Below, piece by piece: positions 58,229-64,000 of a DNA stretch of 64,000 bases. Source of the stretch: a virus; IMG/VR virus record IMGVR_UViG_3300028393_000060, positions 4,108-68,107 of that record; one strand, given 5' to 3'. The position numbers and the translations under genes are program-made. The notes beneath the pieces are model-generated. The model saw only the letters and a program-made list of their open reading frames with translations, ran no database searches and was not told the DNA's origin. How positions within the stretch are numbered: position 1 is the first letter of the stretch; every line of letters starts with the position of its first letter.

Positions 58229-61096
58229 TTATTGTCCTTGTTGTGGAGGTTGTGCTTCTTGTTGTGCTGCTTGTTGTTCCATTTGCTGCTGATGTTGTTG
58301 ATCGTTTTGCATTATTTGCTGTGCATGTTGTTCAGCAGCTTGCTGTTGCTCTTGTTGCGACATTCTAGCTTGATGTTCTGCCTCAATTTGGTTTTGAACT
58401 TCAACTGCTTGTTGCTCAAATGCCTGTTTTTGCACTTCTAAACCATGTTGTCGAATATCATTTTCAGCCGCAATTGTGGCTTCCATGGCAGACAAGTTTT
58501 GTTCGTGCTCAAGTTGGGCTTGTTGTTGGTCCATCTGGGCGCCAGCATTAATTATGGCAACACGCTCTCTTGCCGCGTTGTTAATATTTGCCAATGCAAT
58601 ATCTTTAGCGTTTTGTTGGCTGTCAATATTAGACTGAGTTTGGTATTTAGCAACCAATTCTTGAACTTGTTGTTGGAGTTCCGCAATTTTAATTTGGTAT
58701 TCTTGCTGTGATTTTTGTGTATCCAGCTGCATTTTGGCCTGAGCTTCTTGTGCTTTACGTTGAGTCTCAGCCATTTGCGTTTTAAGAATAACTTGCGCAG
58801 TTGGATCTGATAGCGCGCTAGATTCTTGTTGCTGTTGTTGCGCTTGAGAAACTTTTTGTGCTAATCCTTGGATTTGTTGTACAAATGGCCCTAAACTGCT
58901 TTGAGAATCTTGGTTTACCATTTGTGAAGCAAGTGCCAAAGCTTGTTGGGCATCTAAATCAAGCGGTTTTTCTTGATGTAATTCAAGAGTATCTTGTCCA
59001 TTAGATGCTTGAGCCACATAAGAGCGCATAGATTGCAAATAATGTAAAGTTAAATGCTGTTTAATATGTTCTAGTGCATGCGGCGCAAATGTTGGACCAA
59101 TAACTGGGTTACCGCCGTATGCTGGATTTTGAGCGTATTCCAAATGAATCTTAATGTGTGCAATGTGATCTTGGTCTGGATAAGCAGCGGCTGGACGACC
59201 CATAGTCATAGAAACGTTTTCTAAAGCTGGATTAGATTCATTAGCACCTAATGGGTTTGGTAACACTTCATTTACGCCGGGGACTTTAAGTTGTTCTAAA
59301 ATACGCTGATAAACAGCGCGAAGGTTGAACATTCCTGGAGGCGCAGATGTTGCCATTTGCAACAACGCTTGGTTTTGAGCAAGGCGTTGAGTTTCAGAAA
59401 AAATGTTAGGATCTGAAACTGGGCGTACATCATTGTTTGCTGCAAAGTCACGGACTTTAATTTCTTCGCCGGACTGATTGTCCATTTCATCCAAGTACCA
59501 ATGATTGATACGGGAAACGATTGCCAAAGATTTGGCTTGACTGCGATGCAAACGGGCATGAATGCTGGAAAATACTTTAGCGCCTTGTTCAATAAGCGCT
59601 TGAGTTGTGCCAACGGGCATTTGGTTGTTAGCGTCACCAATTTTTTCTTCTGCAGTAGTAACAACACCTTTTGCTGCGTCTGTTAACCAACCTAATAGCT
59701 GGAATAAAACGTTAGACGGCGCATTAAACGGCATCGGCATCGCAATTTTGCGAACGTCGTCAACACCAGGGGCGCCTTCAATTTCAATTACTTGCGTGGG
59801 CTCAATTCGATCAGACTGTCCACCAATGCGTCCACCTTTAAGCTTAAGCATTGTCTGGCTGTTGTTGATATGAGCAGCATCAAGAAGAGCACGCAAGCTA
59901 CCGGTAAGAGCAGCACTAAGGCCCCCAATAAGCTGAGGTAATCCAATAGCGTAAGCTCCGCGCCAAGGAATGAATTTAAACTCAACGTACCAGTCGAGTT
60001 TTTCGAGTTTCTCATCGCCAGCCTCCCAGTTGCGGTAAAGAGACAATACTTTGGAGCTTGTCTCGTCAATTGTTAAAATGTACGGAGCGCGACGACCTTC
60101 TGTTTCAGCATCGTCATCTAACCGCATAAAGCAAGTTATCTCATAAATACGGCGTAAACCGTCAATGTTTTTAGAGGGCTCTTCTTTGCCTTCAATTTTG
60201 TTGTTTGCTTTTTCAGATCGGGTTTGATCGTTTAACGGAGCGTCAGATGTGTAGTTAAAATTATCTAGATCGCGGTAAACACCCTGTTCAACACGTTGAA
60301 GATACGTATCTTCGGTAATGTCTTGAACTTCAGTAACTCGAGGAGATGTATAAAAGTTTGTTGAAGCCCATGGTAGCAAAATGTTGTCAATTGCAACCCA
60401 TTCGCACGTTGGGCGGCGTTGTTCTGATTCATAACGCCATTTAAGGAACTGAGAACCGCCAAGGGGTAGCTGTGTCAACAGCTGTTCCATTTCGTCGCGG
60501 TACTCTGGAATTTGTTCTGTGAACTGCCAGTTCATAAAGTTTACTTTACGATCGGCAACTCTTTCTTTTATTTTGTTTGCTTCGCCCTTAATACTGGATT
60601 TAACAATACCTTCTGGGGGAAGTAATTCTTTAGCAGCAGAGGCAGCAAAGTCAACACAAGACTCAGCCATGACAGGATGGACAACTTTAGAAGCGCCATC
60701 AAATGTTGCACCGCCAGGTGCATCTTTACCAAGACCGGTTCGTTTTAAACCTTCTTCGTATTGTTTGTCACGTTGCTTCCTAGATTCTTTGTCTACGTCA
60801 ATGTAATCTAAATACTCAATTGCCATTGATTGAAGAACGCCTTCATCAAACACTTCAGCTAAGTTTTCATAAAACTCAGGATTTTTTTGTGGGCCTTGTT
60901 TTTCTTGAAAGTTAACTATGACAGAGCCATCTTCCAATTCAATGACTTCTTGTTCTAAATCTTCTGGGGTTAAACCCAAGGAATCGGCGTACGCTTCCAA
61001 ATCATCATCTTGCTCTTCAGCATTATGAAGCTCATCTTCACGTTCAAGGGCTGCCAAATTAGCACCGGCTTGAATAGGTAGTTCGGGATTTGCCAT
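58229..61096 (-). CDS. portal protein (P22-like, long C-terminal coiled coil)
   Basis: FDGASKVVHP, LPLGGSQFLK, PVGTT.ALIEQG.KVFSSIHARLH; follows TerL. Confidence 0.9.
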   Translation of the reverse strand: MANPELPIQAGANLAALEREDELHNAEEQDDDLEAYADSLGLTPEDLEQEVIELEDGSVIVNFQEKQGPQKNPEFYENLAEVFDEGVLQSMAIEYLDYIDVDKESRKQRDKQYEEGLKRTGLGKDAPGGATFDGASKVVHPVMAESCVDFAASAAKELLPPEGIVKSSIKGEANKIKERVADRKVNFMNWQFTEQIPEYRDEMEQLLTQLPLGGSQFLKWRYESEQRRPTCEWVAIDNILLPWASTNFYTSPRVTEVQDITEDTYLQRVEQGVYRDLDNFNYTSDAPLNDQTRSEKANNKIEGKEEPSKNIDGLRRIYEITCFMRLDDDAETEGRRAPYILTIDETSSKVLSLYRNWEAGDEKLEKLDWYVEFKFIPWRGAYAIGLPQLIGGLSAALTGSLRALLDAAHINNSQTMLKLKGGRIGGQSDRIEPTQVIEIEGAPGVDDVRKIAMPMPFNAPSNVLFQLLGWLTDAAKGVVTTAEEKIGDANNQMPVGTTQALIEQGAKVFSSIHARLHRSQAKSLAIVSRINHWYLDEMDNQSGEEIKVRDFAANNDVRPVSDPNIFSETQRLAQNQALLQMATSAPPGMFNLRAVYQRILEQLKVPGVNEVLPNPLGANESNPALENVSMTMGRPAAAYPDQDHIAHIKIHLEYAQNPAYGGNPVIGPTFAPHALEHIKQHLTLHYLQSMRSYVAQASNGQDTLELHQEKPLDLDAQQALALASQMVNQDSQSSLGPFVQQIQGLAQKVSQAQQQQQESSALSDPTAQVILKTQMAETQRKAQEAQAKMQLDTQKSQQEYQIKIAELQQQVQELVAKYQTQSNIDSQQNAKDIALANINNAARERVAIINAGAQMDQQQAQLEHEQNLSAMEATIAAENDIRQHGLEVQKQAFEQQAVEVQNQIEAEHQARMSQQEQQQAAEQHAQQIMQNDQQHQQQMEQQAAQQEAQPPQQGQ

Positions 61097-61132
61097 AGAG
61101 TGTTCAAAAATGTGTTATTAGATTCCTAATTA

Positions 61133-61163
61133 TACTAATGCAAAGAAACGACTGTTTCCGCCC
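61133..61163 (-). promoter_or_regulatory. phage bipartite promoter
   Basis: GGGCGG-N13-TTTGCATTAGTA-TAATT-AG. Confidence 0.82.
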
Positions 61164-62609
61164 TTATTGCGCATAAGGATTTGTAAACCGCTTTTTGTAG
61201 TCGTCATCAGCGTAGTCATAATCGCGTGGGGGTAGGGGGTCTAGCTGCAACCACCCAGAATCCCGAAGAACCCGTAATGCTTGTGAAAGGGAATCGACAT
61301 AGTCATCGTGACCCCCGGCTTCTGGAAAGGAACAGACTTGGCGAAGGAACCTTTTGGACCAATCTGCAAACTCGCCTTTTTTACCCGGCTCCTCCGGTAT
61401 GTAAACTTTTCCTTTTGCCACCAAGGGTGCCACGATGTTCAAACGCTGCACCTTATCGGCTCGTCCTGGGTTGTAACCCCGCACAGGCACCGAGGCGCCT
61501 TGGAGCTCTTGAATCAGGGAGATACCAGCGGACTTGTCTTCCATCAGGATCAAGTCTGCCTTACGGCCTTTGGCAAATGAGTTGTCTGCTCCGTATACCA
61601 CTTCCTTAAAGTCGTCGATTACCTTACGACGCAGCTCAGGGTAAGACAGATGGTTGTCCCATGAGTCTAGCAAAATGACGCAAGTGCCGGCGTCTTCTCT
61701 ATCAAACACACCCCATACCGTACAAGCCGTGGGGTCGTTCATGGTTTTTTCTGAGGTTGCTGGATCGTATGAGGCAATTACGTATTCCAGTGTTGGCGTT
61801 GGTTTGTCCGCAGGCCATAACTTAAACATCTTGCGTTTAATGATGCCAGATGACTCAGGATCCAAGATCTCGCCATAGATCTCTTGGCGGCCCATGTCAG
61901 TGCCATCGTACGTCTCAAGCTGTTTAAAGAACGTTTCAGATAGGTTTTCGCGGTTGTCATACGACGAGGCGTTAACCACATATACGTCACCACCAACTTT
62001 GCCCTCAAATAAATCAACGATTAGTTCTTTAGGTTTAGGCGTTGTGGTGATGATCTGTTGAACACGGGCGATTCTGGGATCTTTGAGACGTAATGTAAAT
62101 TGCACACCATCGTAGGCTTCGTCAAGGTAATCGAAGGCGCAGAGTTCGTCAAACCAAGCTCCGTGATATTGCTTACCTCGATAGCGTTCTGGTTCCGAAC
62201 CAGGAATACCCTGAATAATTGATCCGTTAATAAGGGTGATTTCAAATAATGATTTGTTGTAGTCCCGGATGATGGCAGGTGGAATAATATTGAGTAGTCC
62301 GCTGTCGCCTTCAAAGCAAGTGGCTCGAATGTCATTACTGGTTGGAGCAGTAACAAGCCAGCGAGTATTGTCATATTTCCAAGCGCGAATCCCAATCCAA
62401 TGCGACGCAGTATGGGTCTTTCCAGAACCGCGTCCAGCCAACATAAGAAACGTGTCATATTCCCCGTCTTCTGGTTCTTTTTGGTGTGCTAACGCTTGAA
62501 GTGCCCATTTGACCTGCCAAATGGCAGAATCAAGCTGTGGTTTAGGCCAGTGCTTATTATTGTCCGCAAACTTCTTGAGCGTCAGTATTTGTTTTTCTGT
62601 TAACGACAT
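61164..62609 (-). CDS. terL: terminase large subunit
   Basis: Walker A AGRGSGKT, Walker B WFDE, TTTP, nuclease SYDPA..D..HDDYVDS. Confidence 0.95.
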   Translation of the reverse strand: MSLTEKQILTLKKFADNNKHWPKPQLDSAIWQVKWALQALAHQKEPEDGEYDTFLMLAGRGSGKTHTASHWIGIRAWKYDNTRWLVTAPTSNDIRATCFEGDSGLLNIIPPAIIRDYNKSLFEITLINGSIIQGIPGSEPERYRGKQYHGAWFDELCAFDYLDEAYDGVQFTLRLKDPRIARVQQIITTTPKPKELIVDLFEGKVGGDVYVVNASSYDNRENLSETFFKQLETYDGTDMGRQEIYGEILDPESSGIIKRKMFKLWPADKPTPTLEYVIASYDPATSEKTMNDPTACTVWGVFDREDAGTCVILLDSWDNHLSYPELRRKVIDDFKEVVYGADNSFAKGRKADLILMEDKSAGISLIQELQGASVPVRGYNPGRADKVQRLNIVAPLVAKGKVYIPEEPGKKGEFADWSKRFLRQVCSFPEAGGHDDYVDSLSQALRVLRDSGWLQLDPLPPRDYDYADDDYKKRFTNPYAQ

Positions 62610-63592
62610 GCTATGAATCCTTCTCCTACGAGAATCGTGTTGTCTTCCCCAGTTGTTTCAATATGAACGCAGGACTGTGGGGCAATAGGCTCAATTAGTT
62701 TAATAAACCGTCTTTTATGATGCACCTTTATCGGCGGCGAGACTTGGTCTTGTATTAATTGTAACCTAGATTTAAAAAATATTGTGAAACTTGGTTTAGA
62801 AGGATCGTGTAACACATTGATTCTATGGCCTAAAGATTCCAACAGACACTGTATCTGCAAAATAATAGGCTGGGTTGTGGCAGAAATTCTAAACCGGTCT
62901 TTACCTTTGGAATACTGGCGCGATTTGGCGTACAAAATTCCACGCAGCAATTCAATTCTTTGTTCTTTAGATGCTAAAAGGTAATTGTTTGGTATCCGTA
63001 TTGGCATATTGCCAGCCAAATGCGATTCTATTGTAGGAAAAACTACAAACTCTCGTTCGCCGTTGGGAATTTTTTGGTATTCAGTAACCTGATACCCAGC
63101 GTCTTGAAATTGTTTATATATCTCCGGGGCAAATCCACGGGGTGAAGCCATGCGTTTGTTTTTTCGGCGGTTAAAAAACCAAAACCCAAATAGGAAAGGC
63201 GGGACCGGAAGGTCTTGGGTGGGGAAATCTAAGGGTTTTGTTGTGGGGACAGAGAACGAAAGCCTGTTTCGTCTATCCCGAAGACTGGTTTCTGTAAGGG
63301 TTGCTATAGTTCTGGGGCGTAGTTTGCGCCGAAACTTTTGAATCCCTTTATACGCAGCTTCCTGAGTGCGGCATTTCTTTGTTTCTACCAGAAATCCAAG
63401 GTGTTGATCCCCTGCCACGGATAGATGATCATCAAATACTACCTCATAGCACTGTTCGGCACGGTATTCTTGTACCAATTTTATTTGGACTATTTTTCCA
63501 TCTTTATCAAAGACATAGTCACCAGGCTGCAAGTTACGGGCAGCTTTCCAATAATCAAGGGTTAGTACTTTTTGGTTCGCTAATATGGCCAT
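62600..63592 (-). CDS. free-standing Hint (intein-like) + degenerate LAGLIDADG protein
   Basis: block A AILANQKVLT..W..LQPGDYVFDKDG; block B YEVVFDD..GDQH; PPFLFGFWFFNR and ELLRGILYAKS; blocks F/G CVHIE..ILVGEGFIACR. Confidence 0.8.
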   Translation of the reverse strand: MAILANQKVLTLDYWKAARNLQPGDYVFDKDGKIVQIKLVQEYRAEQCYEVVFDDHLSVAGDQHLGFLVETKKCRTQEAAYKGIQKFRRKLRPRTIATLTETSLRDRRNRLSFSVPTTKPLDFPTQDLPVPPFLFGFWFFNRRKNKRMASPRGFAPEIYKQFQDAGYQVTEYQKIPNGEREFVVFPTIESHLAGNMPIRIPNNYLLASKEQRIELLRGILYAKSRQYSKGKDRFRISATTQPIILQIQCLLESLGHRINVLHDPSKPSFTIFFKSRLQLIQDQVSPPIKVHHKRRFIKLIEPIAPQSCVHIETTGEDNTILVGEGFIACR

Positions 63593-63863
63593 AGAAGTTT
63601 TGAAGGACCCATTGGTCCAGAAAGTGCCCTAACGGCTCTCTAATATTGCGTTGGACTTTGTAAGGTAGCCTTTGTATGTCCAATGCGTCTTTGGTTAGTT
63701 TGAGACGGTATTCCAAGAAAGCAACTGTTTCTTTGTCAATAATTGACGCTGGAACATCTATCGTTTCAAAATTAATGAAGTTGGATACCAGCACTCGAAA
63801 ACCGTGTAGCTTTCCATTGGCCTTTTCTATTGCCCCGGCAATTTGGTATACATATTCATTCAT
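63555..63863 (-). CDS. hypothetical protein
   Basis: start MNEYV 5 nt after the promoter motif (leaderless). Confidence 0.6.
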   Translation of the reverse strand: MNEYVYQIAGAIEKANGKLHGFRVLVSNFINFETIDVPASIIDKETVAFLEYRLKLTKDALDIQRLPYKVQRNIREPLGHFLDQWVLQNFYGHISEPKSTNP

Positions 63864-63868
63864 ATATC

Positions 63869-63899
63869 CACTAATGCAAATTATAGCCGTTTGCCGCCG
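63869..63899 (-). promoter_or_regulatory. phage bipartite promoter
   Basis: CGGCGG-N13-TTTGCATTAGTG-GATAT-ATG. Confidence 0.75.
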
Positions 63900-63920
63900 T
63901 AAATCCAAAAATAAACCCAA

Positions 63921-63951
63921 ATTTGTACCAGTAGTACTAGTAGTACCCCTT
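63921..63951. repeat. further copy of the GTACTAGTA origin-like arm
   Basis: ATTTGTACCAGTAGTACTAGTAGTACCCCTT, near-identical to 1951-1980, followed by an AT/poly-A tract. Confidence 0.75.
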
Positions 63952-63961
63952 TATTTACTTT

Positions 63962-63997
<36 letters not shown>

Positions 63998-64000
63998 AGA

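Overview
The window is most of a tailed dsDNA bacteriophage genome (podovirus-like; no tape measure, integrase, RNA polymerase, tRNA or CRISPR seen). The + strand (1-18601) carries early and replication genes: a sigma-70-like factor lacking region 4, primase-SF3 helicase, dTDP-glucose dehydratase, VRR-NUC, SNF2 helicase, a stand-alone sigma region-4-like HTH, Cas4-like nuclease, SSB, class II RNR and PolA. The - strand (18602-63863) carries morphogenesis genes: TerL, portal, GroES, scaffold, capsid, fibres, glycosyltransferases, lysis, tail and ejection proteins. Strongest unexplained signals: (1) a 9-copy bipartite promoter GGGCGG-N13-TTTGCATTAGTA-N4-Y-A that may be read by a split phage sigma factor; (2) a 3008-aa nearly proline-free Gly-X-Ser fibre next to a glycosyltransferase cassette; (3) a free-standing, catalytically degenerate intein/LAGLIDADG protein directly upstream of TerL; (4) paired terminal peptide motifs suggesting modular fibre assembly; (5) a repeated phi-x-x-GG motif in basic late proteins; (6) structured RNA leaders and origin-like palindromes. 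All product calls come from motif recognition by eye; no database searches were run.
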